64,000 nt of DNA from Phoronis australis (Eukaryota > Animalia > Phoronida): the NCBI GenBank assembly GCA_002633005.1, contig NMRA01000093.1, positions 109,762 to 173,761 on the forward strand. The letters run 5' to 3'. Shown here piece by piece: positions 14,880 through 27,800 of the stretch; within the stretch, counting starts at the first letter, position 1; every line of letters starts with the position of its first letter. The translations under genes were made by a program, and so were the position numbers. The notes beneath the pieces were generated by a model. It had not been told where the DNA came from. It did not search any database and was given only the letters and a program-made list of their open reading frames with translations.

Positions 14880-15145
14880 CCATCTATATTCCATCTCTAA
14901 CGGATAGGCTGGGGCTGGACATTATAATTATTTTACGCCGCAAATAATCATTTAACGTCGTACATAATTACTTTACGCCGCCAATTATTACTTTATGCAA
15001 TAAATAATTACTTTTCAGTCGTAAAAAATACTTTACGCCTCAAATAATTACTTAACGTCATGAATAATTACATTACGCCTCTAAAAAGATTTGACTTACG
15101 CACGTAACTTAACGGCGTAACGTTCACCTATCTGGCCAACGATAA
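13695..15145. repeat. Foldback element of ~22-bp AATAATTACTTTACGCCGCA-type arrays, with a duplicated right arm
   Basis: The arrays switch orientation near 13960. 13700-13744 is the inverse of 14133-14175 and of 15095-15138. 14120-14370 is repeated at 15080-15345. Confidence 0.7.
14826..14879. repeat. (GTT)n microsatellite
   Basis: Pure gtt run. Confidence 0.95.
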
Positions 15146-15659
15146 TATCGACGATAATGGTGCAGCAACCAAGCATGTTCATTGTCAATGAATGAGCTAT
15201 AATGAATAACGTAAAACCTCCTCTAATCGTCTGCACGATCCTGTCATATGCGCCAACACCACTCGAGCGAAGTTGAGCCTTGGGGCCGGATAGGGCCTCA
15301 TGATTACGCGAAGTGCCTTGAATCAGAAACAAATTATTCTTATTTAGTTATAATTGTAGTTAGTAGTACCAGTAGCTGCAACAATGTTGTTGTTGTTGTC
15401 CGTCTATATCCTATCTCGAACGGAAAGGCTCGGGCTGGACCTTTTCTGCGGGGGGAGGTTCGATCGAACCCCCCGAACTCCCCTCCTGGCTACGGGCCTC
15501 CTGTCCTTACATTGGAAACGATATTGGTGTCTTTGAAATTCCCACAAGTGACAATCCGCACAATCACTTCTCACTATTGACAAGAACATTTCTCAAAAGA
15601 CAAATTGTCCTTACGTTATCATTTACAGTTACCTTTTAACGACTCCACGGACGTGAATC

Positions 15660-15865
15660 ATGGACAGGGAGGATGGCATTGCCATAATCGGCGTGGGATG
15701 TCGCTTCCCCGGCAGTGACGATGTCGACGAATATTGGAAGACGCTTATCAACGGAGAAAATCACATTACAGACATACCAGCAGACCGCTGGAACATCAAC
15801 GCTTTCTATAGTCCTGAAGGTGGAGATGGAAAGTATTACTGCAATAAGGCTGGACTAATTAGCAG
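15660..15865 (+). CDS. PKS coding exon 1 (KS N-terminus)
   Basis: [29 protein letters not shown]...DIPADRW; donor AG|GTAAT with intron starting at 15866. Confidence 0.93.
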
Positions 15866-18800
15866 GTAATAAATACATACATTGTGGGTAGCGGCCAAAT
15901 AGTGACTTGTCATCAAGGATTCTTGTTTCAATTACATTTACTTCGTAAGCCAACACTAACGTGTATTATCATACTTGAATCTGGTGAAATTATGGTCATA
16001 AGGTGTGCTTTCAAACATAATATCATGACAATATCTTGTAAAGTCGGGCATCAAAGGGAATGCCAAAGAACCATTTCTGCTTATGTTCATTGAGTTTCAT
16101 TTCTTCTGCTTCTCTTCTCGTATTTGTCTCTTTGCGAACAGTTCCTTAGTAGACTCATGAAATGTCGTCGATTTACATATGTTGTTAGGAAGTTCCAGGT
16201 GAACTAACTCATGTACTGGTTACAAATCAATCTCAAGCATTGGAGAAACTGGTGCAGTAAAGTACCGAATGCAGAATGACCTGCAGGACCCCTGTGATCA
16301 GTATTATGCATTGCGGCCCAGAAAATGACCTTAGATCCAACGGTAGAAGCTCCGATCAAAACCAGTTAGTAAAAGAAGAATCTGATATGCTTCTTCCAGC
16401 TTACCCTATGGTATTTTTAATACATTTATTGCCCAGACAACAGCACGTTGCCAGTCTGAGGTTGGGTGCCTCAGTTCTGGCTTTAACAAAAGTATATAAT
16501 ATTAACTAATAGTTACGTAAGTCAATAAAATGTAGCTGGAAAGGGGAAAGGGGAGCGGGGAAGAACTTTCACTCGCCATTCACACACACAAACACGCCGT
16601 GTTAAAATGATGTCTGAAGAAATTAGGTTCTATATAAATACGTACAAACATAAATACATATAAAAATAATAGAATACTAATTAAAAGCATGCGTGCAGAC
16701 CTATCCATTTATCCATATTGTGTCCGAGGTATCTGTTAAAATTGTGTTCATAAAAGTTTGTAATTTCAACTTGAAATCGTTAAAAAGGAGAGGCTTTTTA
16801 CTTTTGATGACTGATAAATGAAGTAAAGTGAAAGTGTATTAATGGTATTGCAAATTAATTTGTGGTTTGTATTAGAGTTTTGAACAAAATCTAATATGTC
16901 CCACATAGTAAACATGTATTGGGTATTTAGGGCTTTATTTAAGAGTGTTTGCACTGATTCCCAGAAAGTCCTGACACATGTGCAATAATAAAACATATGA
17001 AATAGAGTCTGTAACTCATCACAATAGGGGCACTTATCAGTATCAACCACCCCTACTTTGTATAAAGTGATATTTGTAAATATTCTTCTATGGGTAAAGA
17101 GGGATCTGAAGTTTTTTAATTCAGGATTTATGGGGAGGCTCAAGGGTAAAAAATAAATTTCTCTAATTTCTTTTTCATTATAATAATTACTTAACCGCAC
17201 ATAAGTGTCGGGTTTTTGTGCAAAAGTATGTATAGTACACTTTTTAAACCAATCTTTACTACAACTGCTATAATTAAATAAATGAAAGTTGTTACAACCA
17301 ATAGATCTTGCTTCTAGTTCACCAAGATGCTTCCTTAATGCACTAACAACAACATTGTATTGCAATATACAAAAATTCTTGAGATTGTATTTATTTTTGA
17401 TAAAATCCCAACTAAGAATTTTATTTTGATTTTCCAGAAAATCTTCGCAAAATAACAGTCCCGCTTCAAACATTTCCCGACAAAATACGGATTTATTGCT
17501 AAGTAAAATATTTTGATTATTCCACAACACTTGTTTGTTAATGGGAATATTCTTAAAAACTTCTATATTCAAAGGTTTAATTTTGTAAATGCCAGGCACA
17601 TTTTCTATTGCAAAGGGTCCTCCAGACGCCTCTAAAAAGAAAAAAGCATCCCCAGCGGCAAAATCCAAAAAAATTTCAGTACAAGACACATACAGTAGTG
17701 CATGGGGTAAGACAGATGCCAGACGAAGTATCTGATACAGTGTTGTGAGGGATGCGCCAAACCCCTTATGACCCTCAAAATGCCTTCAATTAATCATTAT
17801 GCGCCCACATATACATGTATATGTAGGTGTATATTACCATAGTCTCTGTCTGGGCTTCATACAGAGCGAGCGTCCGGTGTCCTTCGTCCGGCGTCCGCTG
17901 CTGTTTCTACTAAGCCCTCAGCAGAATCATAAAGAGTTTTTTCAGATATGTTCGTATGAAGCTGGGGGCAGATGAGGAGTTTCGAACTGGTCCGACTACC
18001 ACTGTGCCCTCTGGTGGCAATTTTATTTTTTACGTTGGGCACCGTGTCTTCTGAGTTTTTTGATGTATTTTCACAAAATTGGGTAGTTGTCTGACTGTTA
18101 AGGACACGACGATGCTTTCTTGTTAATTGGGCCGATTTGACGTTATTTTGCGCCACCTTATGTCCACATTTGTTATTTATGATATTTACTTTTTTACGTT
18201 TACCGCTGTATCTTCAGAGTCTGTCAATGTATTTCCATGAAATTCGGCAAACAGGTTTTGATTGAGTAGGCAACTCTTTTTGCACCAACTAGTAGCCACT
18301 TTTGTTACTTCCGTGTCTGTTCGTTGCCTTTTGGCTCTTTATTTGCACATCGCTCCGAAGATACTAATGAAAATTGGCAGACGTGTTTATTATTAGAAAG
18401 CCACCGCTGACGTTGATTTCGGACTGGTTTGGCTGTTGTGGCGCCCTCTAATGGTCATTTTTGCGTCCACAGTTCTATCTCCTTAATTTTTTGTCAGATC
18501 TTTATGAAACTGTGTCAAACGCATTCCTATGAATGCGGCAACGGCCTATAACGACTTTTCGACGGACCAGGTTACTGTTGTGCTCCTCGTGACAATTTTA
18601 GTTGTTACACTTGCCTCTGTATCGTCAGAGTTAATTTGCAGGTTTTCATGAAATTTGGCAACTAGGTTTCTAGTGTGGAAACGATTGTGCCTGTCCATTT
18701 TTCGGGAGGGACCTGACGCAATATAGTGGCCATTTTATTATTTTTGAGTCTGTTTTTGTTGTCTGTCTCTGTATCTGCCAAACTGCAGATGTGTTCTCAC

Positions 18801-21800
18801 TGCCAAGAGCATGACAGACGATGATATTCGGATTGGTACGTCTACTGAAGTGTCTCCTGCTGGCATTTCGGCATCGCATCTGTAACTCTATCTCCTAAAT
18901 CTGGAACAGGACCTTCGTGAAATTTGTCAGGTGTATTCCCACTAACTTGACAACAGATAGACGGATCCAATTATCTTACTGCCTCCTGGAGTATTGTGAG
19001 GTTTTACGTTTGCTTCTCTGACTTTGGAGATCCTCGACGGATTTTATTCTAGTTATCACCAGTAGAAACATACCGTTTGAGACGAAGTTTGGGCTCATTT
19101 CAATGTTTCGCTTTGTTCTTCTTTGAGATACCACTCATAACCAATTGAAAAAAGTACATCCTATAATGCCATTCAATTGTTTTGCTACAGGGGATCCTTT
19201 AGACAACCCTGAAGATATAAACGTGTTTCACCCTTGAGGTAAAATTGTACATTTTGCATGCAACATTTTGCAAAACTGGTTTCTGTTAAAGAATTAAAAG
19301 AACATACATTACGTTCCGAATATTTCCTAGTTACTAGCGGATTTTTTTGCTTGTAACAGGTATTTAAAGAGTTTTAGGACCATAACAAAGTTCCAAATTT
19401 GGCTAACATTGGAACATGAAATCTTAGAATCAGTGTTCGAACTTCAACAAATAAATATGCTGGCCCGCCGGGTCAGTTATTCTGAAAATTCACTGGCCCC
19501 GGTGCCAAGTTAACTGTAAAAAGCTACTGGCCCGGGAGCAAATCAACTGCCCCCGGGACATCGGGCCAGCGTGTAATTCGAACGCTGCTTAGGATTATCA
19601 AATTTTAGAAATTTGTTATGTACCGTTTATTAATATTGCTGCTTCTGATTTCCATACATGAATCTGTACATGTTTTTGTTTTTACATATTCGCAATAGCA
19701 TATCTAAATATTGGGATACTTATATTAAATACTACTTAAATGTATATACCTCTATGTATATTAGTTTCATTTATGAATTGTTTACAAACCAGATATAATG
19801 CTTCGCGATTTCTGGGTTTGTCATCATTTCTTTGTATGTCTTGTATATTCTTCAATAAATATATATCTTTTTAAAAAAATTATCAAATTGGACGCATACG
19901 AATCTTTAAGATAATGTGCTTTATCCACTGTTCTCCAAAAGCATGTTGGAATTTGTTTTCAATCGATCGAAGTCGTCTGGGCTACCGGTATAGATGATCC
20001 CTCACACTGGAGCCCAGATTTTATTACAGTTTTTCACCTATTTACCTGTCGTTTCAGTGGGTCAGCTTGGGACAACAAGTTTTTTGGTATCAACGACATA
20101 GAGGCGGCGTCTGTTGATCCGCAGCACAGACTGACGCTAGAATGTGTTCACATGGCTCTAGAAGATGCCGGCATTACTAAAGAACAATTATCCGGAACTC
20201 GAACCGGTGTGTTTATTGGTAAGTTTTAAACTACGCCACAAGAGACAGTCCACTCAGTGTCGCACAAGTCCCACGAAAATGCACGAGCTGCACTCCAAGC
20301 AGCAAAGCCAGAGCAAATAGCCTAGCACAAGGAAACTGTCGCGAGGATTTGGCTATGTTTGCTTTGGTGTTGTGTTTCACCATCAACATTTCAGTACGAG
20401 CTGTGATTCTGAATTTTAATTTTCAAATTTTGCAATTTTTCTACCAAATATCCGAGGAATTTTGCTGAAATCGTTAAAAGGAGCAATCGACAGAGAGAAT
20501 CTTCTTACCACGTTTATGGGGGAAGTGTGCAGTGTTCAGTTAACTTAATAAACGCTCCGATGGTTGTAACCATAACAGCAAACCAAACCAAACCAAACCT
20601 AACAACTCCAATCATCCGAGCAACTCTACTCGGACATGATATTGAAGTAATGTTAACTGCCATTACGGTCTAACCTTACTCTTCTAACTCCCTTGAGTAT
20701 GTTGGCGATGTTTGGAGGATAAATTTGCCAACTATCATCGGGTTCTGCACTATAATTCGTAGAGCACGACATTTTCTACATGAAATCCCATAATTAAGTT
20801 ACTAGCCCAAGAGAGATCTCGTGTTCGAATCATGGTTACCAACTAGATAAGATCTCGAACGGCTTCGAATGGTTTCCACAGAGTTGGTTTCTACAACAAC
20901 GCATAAACACGGGGTAATTAATCGCCGGGATATTGACCGAAAACATCTAGTCGGTAGGCCAGAATTTGTAGGGCCTCTAGAAAATGATTTTTGTGAGTAC
21001 TTTAGGGGGGCAATTTTATTTTGGTGTTTTTAAATTCATTTATTAGAGTGTTTTCAAAATCTAAAAAGTTCCCACATATAAAGTTGCACATTTTTGAGAA
21101 ATTTGAAGTTACCTAATAATCACCAAAGAGCTTAGTAAACTTATATTTGTAAAAACAACAGTTTTGGTGACTTTTTTGTAAAACAAGTAATATGGTCCCA
21201 TCAGTGCCATAGTATTGAACAATGTTACACTCACATTACATGTTTTACTATTGTAGATTAATTGTAAACAGTGAAATTTAAAAAATGTAAAGAGACTCCT
21301 AGTGGCAAAAATGCAAACTAAGTCTGAATGTTACTAGGAAGTTATTCTGGCATTGTCTGGCAACAAAAATAACACAAAACACTTGAAACTGGGCAAAATT
21401 TGTGCCTCAATGACTAAAACATTGACTAATGGTGTAAAATACAGCTTGTTTGCATAATACACCAGAAATACGTTATAGTACAAAAACAATATATTTGAAG
21501 GATCTCTGTGAATGTGCACACAGACTGTATGAAAATAATAGATTATTCTGACAGCGTTTATCAAGCAGTATGAGACAAATACATGACAGTGATCAAAGTA
21601 TGTACTTTCTATGACTTAATCAACAAATAAAATTAGCTTTTTAATACAAAAAATGAAATAACGGGGTTGGAGGTCTATTTAGGGTTGACTTGTCAAAGAA
21701 CTATCCAATGTTATGCAGTCAGTGTTGCTGATATTACTACAGTTGTCACAGCTGCACATTTCTGTACAGTTTGACCCAGCATTGCAGCACAAACTGTTTC

Positions 21801-24800
21801 CCAGCACACATGTTCTTTTAGCACTTGCAGCGTTCATCGTTTAGTACTGCCAGTGGAGATGCGGGTATTGTCATACATTTTAAGTGCAAAGCTCCACCGC
21901 CAAGGAGCCAACTATGGTCGATTAGCGAGGGTACAGCACTGCACACTGGTGATTGGCCCGCAGGCAATGAAGGGTCAAACACTAAGTCCTTGCTTGGAGG
22001 TGGGCAGGATTTGGGCAAACGTTTGATTCAAAATATGTTATAATGGGCTGTGTTAATTAGAGTCAGCAAGTGAATTATTGAACACTAGCCTCAATTCACT
22101 TTCGTATCTCTTAGTCGGGCACAAACTACAACAGTGAGTAGCTTCAACAATATTTCTTAAGATTGCCTGTCCAAATAACTTCATGCACACCTGCTCTCTG
22201 AAGAACAGCTTCAAAATCTTGCTTTAGTTTTGAAAGGCAAATGACATCTCCATGTGTTAGAAGTTTTGATTCAATGAACTCCAAACAAAGCTGTAGAAAA
22301 ACATCGCTAAAAACTGTGGATTCGTCACTCTTCACAATCGTTGTCTTTCTATTTTTTATAGCATGATGATCTGTGGTACTTGGCTTCTAAGACACAAGGT
22401 CTTTATCTTTGAATTTCATTTGCATATTCAGGGCTCTGGACTGAGCTGTCGCTTGCGATACAAGTCCAACTGAAAAAAACCCGAACTGTTAACACTAATT
22501 TAACATTCAACTATGAGTGAGTTGGCATGCAACTTTTTCAGACGGACTTATCAGGAACTGATCCACCACCAGCCTAACAAATTTACATGCCTCCTGATCT
22601 GTCGCCTAAAAATGTTGATCATGTAATAATTAGATTAGTTGATGCAACTGAAAATAAATCAGCTGATATACCAGTGCAGTGATTGAAATTTAATTTTTTA
22701 AATCAGATGCTCAAACCATAGTCAGTCGATTTACACTTAAGGTAATCGACGTTTGACGAAATGGACAGTGGCTTCCATCGTCCTCAAATTACGACGGCGA
22801 CGATGGCCGCTTAGGCACTCTAATTTAATTATCATTGCAGCTACCTAAGTAATAATTGTTTACAAAAATTGAGAAGAGGTTCCCCCTATCCCAGGACTAC
22901 GGCAGGGGAAGACGGCCACTTGGGCATGTTGTTTGCAACCATCTACTGCTTTTAACCTTCTCAAAACTTTTGACTTAAAGTGCTTTAAAATCACACCCAT
23001 TGTATAACGCCATATGATTATCCCTTAGTGCAAGCAATGTCGATGTGGCAACTAAACAATGGAGTGTTCGAAAAACAGGATTGCAGGAGTATTTATTTAA
23101 ACTGGGAACAAATGAAAACATTAACGACCTCCTCAGAGGCATCTCTCTACGCGGCACTTCTAAACTTATAGGAACATAATTTGCCGAAAAGCATCCAGCA
23201 TATGGAGTACCTATGGTATGATCACTGTCTGTACTGGGTCAGCGATATTGTCTAAGGCCTAGGCAGCCAAGGGGCTGAACAAGTTACAAAAACAACTGGT
23301 GATAATACTGAAACACACATGGAAAACACCAAGATATACCTTTCAAAAACACGTACCTGTTTTTCAAAGCTATACTTCTTTCTCTTTCTTGAAATATGGT
23401 CCATAACATACTTTTCATGTTTCAGAATGTTCCTATCTTATTTAGGTTAATTGGGTGTTTAAGATTTTGGAGGTATAATTGATTTATTTTCTTGAGAAAT
23501 CTTGGATAACATCTGTATCACTTTCAGCAACTTCAGCTTTAGTACTACTGCTGCCTTTCAATTTTGGTCTGACACTTGGTCTTCTAGTCTACAGCACTCA
23601 GCAGTATACTGTGTAGGCTATACCAGGACATGCTGCTGTTTTCTGCACAGACGTTTGTGACACCTCTTCTTCTTTTAAATCTACTGATCTACAGAGTTCC
23701 ACAGTCCAGCTTTCGTCAGGAAGCTTCTTTAGGCTCTGGCATCACAATTTTGTGCTGTTTGATAAACCGAATTATACAGGCATCACACTCCATGGGAGCA
23801 GCCATATTGAAGTAACTAAGCACAACAATACAATCTGGCTCTCTGATTGGTCAATTCAATAGAAAAGCGCCACCAAGTGGCAGGAATGTGCATAATATTT
23901 TGTGCAACAAAAACACCTTTTTTAAAAAAATGTGCAAGTGTAGACGTGGGAACTTTTTGGAATTTGATTTATAGGTATATTATCTAGCCACAGAGAAAAA
24001 ACTAGGTTGCCCCCCAAAGTACTCACCAGGATGAACGCTATGAGATCTGGCCCACCGACTTATCTTGTCGACACTGGATGGAGTTGGCATGACCACGAAG
24101 ATTAAAAAACGAGCTTACAAGTTTGTCACCTCAAAACGGACACAAAAACCATTATTTGTCAGGACTGGGAGCATTTGTCTTATTATAAATCACATCATTA
24201 TATTGTTGGACACACGTTGATGTGACGCCGTTGATGTTATCACTGACTCGTAAATATTCTGCGACAGTATCCAACACTCCGAAAACTTTATCCGCTTTGG
24301 CAATCACAAACAAAAATAAGAGCTACTTTGCTGTTCATGTTGCAACCACTTGGAAATATTTGAAAAGTTGTACTTTCACAGGTAGTGATTCCAGGTAAGC
24401 GCTTCCGAGTAGGCAAAATCTTTATGAGCACAGCCCCGGAAATCGCTCTCACATGTTATCCAGCCTCTCATTCATTCCCTTGCGTGCATTCACTAGTAAG
24501 ACCGAGCTCAGAGGAGGCAAAATATTTTGTAGACATTTTTACGACTTTGTCTCTTTCATGCGATTAAGGAGTAAATCTTTGTTGTTTTTACAGGTCTGAT
24601 GAACCATGGCTTTGAAATAGCAAACAGTGGAAAATCACCAAGCACAATCTCTAACAACACAGTAACTGGATACGCTACAAGTATTTGCTCCAACAGAATA
24701 TCATATATTTATAATCTTACCGGGCCTTCTGTAACTTTGGACACTGCCTGTTCGTCCAGCATTGTGGCTCTACACTGTGCTTGTCAAGCGATGAAAAACG

Positions 24801-27800
24801 GTACGTCCGTATTAAAAGTCATAACTATTAAAGTGGGTGTTCTAGGGACCAAATGAAGTTGAACAATTGTTTTTGCGATCGTATTCTCACCCACAAAATC
24901 ATTTTATTTCAGTTTCAGTTTTTAAAACTCGAAAGACCAAAAAATTGTGTCATTGATTCTGGGTCTAATCTTTATACTGGAATTAAACTTTATTTTTGAC
25001 GTTTTCCGCTATACTTTAATACAAACTAAAGATAAGTGTTAGGACTCTTTAATTCTGTGCTCAAGTATGTAATGATTTTCTTGGATGATTTACTAAATAT
25101 CCCAGCTTGCACTTGATGACCCTAACATTAAACCTATGAGTTTTTAATTGAAATCACGCCACGTGTTACCAATATTGGTTCCTAGATACTACACAGTACA
25201 CGACTCATATGGTTCATCATCAAGATGGCGGGCCACTCCGCTCATCGTAAACCACGTGACTTCAACTCTTCCACATTTATCTCATTGGTCAAAATAGGCT
25301 TGTAGGAAGGTGAATAACAATGGGGGAATATACTGGGAAGTATAACTAACCGACCACTGATACCATGACTTCTGACTGGCCGCATGCAATACAACTTGTC
25401 ATTCACGCCCATGAACAACGTCACGATTCGTGAACGAGTTGTACACAAGAACTAGATACTTCCAACACTGTAACCAGCGAACGATGGGGGTACAGGTGCA
25501 TCTAATTAGGCAAAGGTACGCCAATCAAATAACAAAGTAAAAAAATTAAAAGAAAGAAGTACGCAGTGATCTCAAGCAAACAATGACCTGACATTTACCT
25601 CTGACAAGGCAATGGTAAATACAGGTCTGTAGGTTGTAACACAAGACACAACAAAGGCTGGTATATGGACGGCTCTAGCACAGTCGCTTTCTCTGAGAGC
25701 CACCTATGCAAGCACTCCCAGGCAACAGCCAATCAATGTAATTACAGCGACGTGGCACAGTCATTTTTTCCTGTCAGACTACCGGTCCCAGTGTAAGGTA
25801 TTTGTAGGAAACGTGATGTAATTCCGAAACTGAATAGTATCTAAATGTAACGAGTATTTAAAGTAACAGTTAATAAATATGTCTCAAGTAGAAATGTTAG
25901 AAATGTTTAACACATGAAAATATAAAGTTTCTTAAACAAAACGTTGAGAACTAAATATCCAATATCAAATTTAAGGTATATTCAAAACCATGCCCTACAA
26001 CTTCCATGAATAAGTTCGTCCAAACATCAATACATGTTCATTTTAAATGTATTCGAGACAAAGGCATGGTTAAGTCTTTGTCTAGTTTTGTTTGCCTAAA
26101 CCTATCGTTGTCCACACTAGAAGTGTGTTTTCAAAAAGACAACGTGTTGGAAGATGGGCAGTTTCCGCCCTAAACTCTCTGGCTAAATGGCGGGGCAGCA
26201 AACGGTTACGTCTGCGGAAGAGTCTGTGTTGGTTGCTGTTCTCAGATGATACATGTACGTTTGAGCTGAAAGCGTATTCCTTAACTTTGGCAGAAAATCG
26301 GGATAGAAACATCGCCAAGTAGTGTTAACAAGTATTCGAACCGTCGTTCCACTCACCTCCAGGATTTGTGCAATATCCAGGAAATACCTTGGTTACAATT
26401 AAACTGAAGGCCAAGTTCAAGAGACCATCACTCACCATATTAGAAAATGGGACGAGATGAATTAATTTCCTTTGTTTATTTCTGATATAAGAAAATAAGC
26501 TCGGAAATGTAAAAAATGTCAACATTAATGACAGTGTTGTCATTCCGCTGGTTCAGGTGGATATGAAGATAAACAACGATGACATTGACTTTACAAATCC
26601 GAAACATTGATAGGTTTCTAATATAGCATAGGAATACAAAATATAGACGTCGCTGAAAATCGGCCTTTCTGTTAAAAATCTCACGCATTTAAATTTCTGT
26701 GACAGGTGACTGCGACATGGCCATTGTTGGAGGTGTGAACCGAATTCTGGCTCCACAAAGCCTTATTGGATTGGCACAAGCCGGCATGATGTCAAGGACG
26801 GGTCAATGCCATGCATTCTCGTCAAAGGCTGACGGATACACGCGCAGCGAAGGTTGCGGCGTAGTTTTATTGAAATCGACGAAAACGGTGAGACGGAGAG
26901 GAAGGGTGCGGAATTAAGCGAGTGCACCAACAAAAGAGTATTCAATGTACCATTAACCAAGAAATTTCTCCATAGAAATTTAAAATACAAAACATTCCAC
27001 TCTGTGAAATATTGTCTGAAATAGCAAGGTATCTAAATTGTAGATGCAATCGGAAGCGCTTCATCAGCAATTAACTGACCGACAACTTTAATATTGAAAC
27101 GGCATGCCTCTTTTTATAGATACAATACGCTCTTGATGTCTTTTCAAGGCAAATAAAGACAAAAACAAGATATGGGGCACAATTATAGGAAGCGATGTGA
27201 ATCACAACGGCCGTTCGGCAACCCCAATAACAAAGCCGTCGAGTCCACAGCAGAAGAGTCTAGTTCAGAAATTGTTGAAAGATTGTAATGTCGACCCCAA
27301 CGAAGTTAATTATATCGAGGCACATGGTGAGCAAAACGTTCCTTTTAAACGTTTTCCGGTTTGTTAATCGCGTTTTTCAAATCTTACGCATAGTTGTGCA
27401 TATGTAACACAGGGACAGAAATTCCTCGCACGGTGTTGGAAGTTGACTTTGGACTACATGTATACATGCATTGACGTTGCGCTTATTTGTTGGATTGATA
27501 GAATGATGTGAGGGTATTTTTTCGCTATATTATGTCATGGACTTGGAAAAATAGGACTTGGCCAGTGGTCAGTCTAGTACATCACTATTACCAACAGAAA
27601 GCCCCTGTTGAACCAAGCGACTCTGGAATTGGAACACCTTTGGTAACATCTTGTCGCCCTAGATGAACGAGCTCAGAGCATTTGCATGGAATCAAACCCA
27701 TTACTTAACGAACATAGCCACAAGCAAGGGAACTATCTAAATCCGTAGGTTGTTCTGCACCACTGAAGAAAAGAGGGATTTCATTTAATAAATCTTTGAC

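Larger units (their letters stand above)
13043..15499. mobile_element. hAT-like TIR pair enclosing a composite repeat region
   Basis: CAGGCCCGTAGCCAG at the left and CTGGCTACGGGCCT at the right; no TSD seen. The left end has a second diverged copy at ~10011-10095. Confidence 0.5.

Noticed and set aside
16766-17689. Nested host gene or PKS tailoring enzyme
   Set aside because: It matches the LINE ORF2 C-terminus and has a polyA-type 3' end
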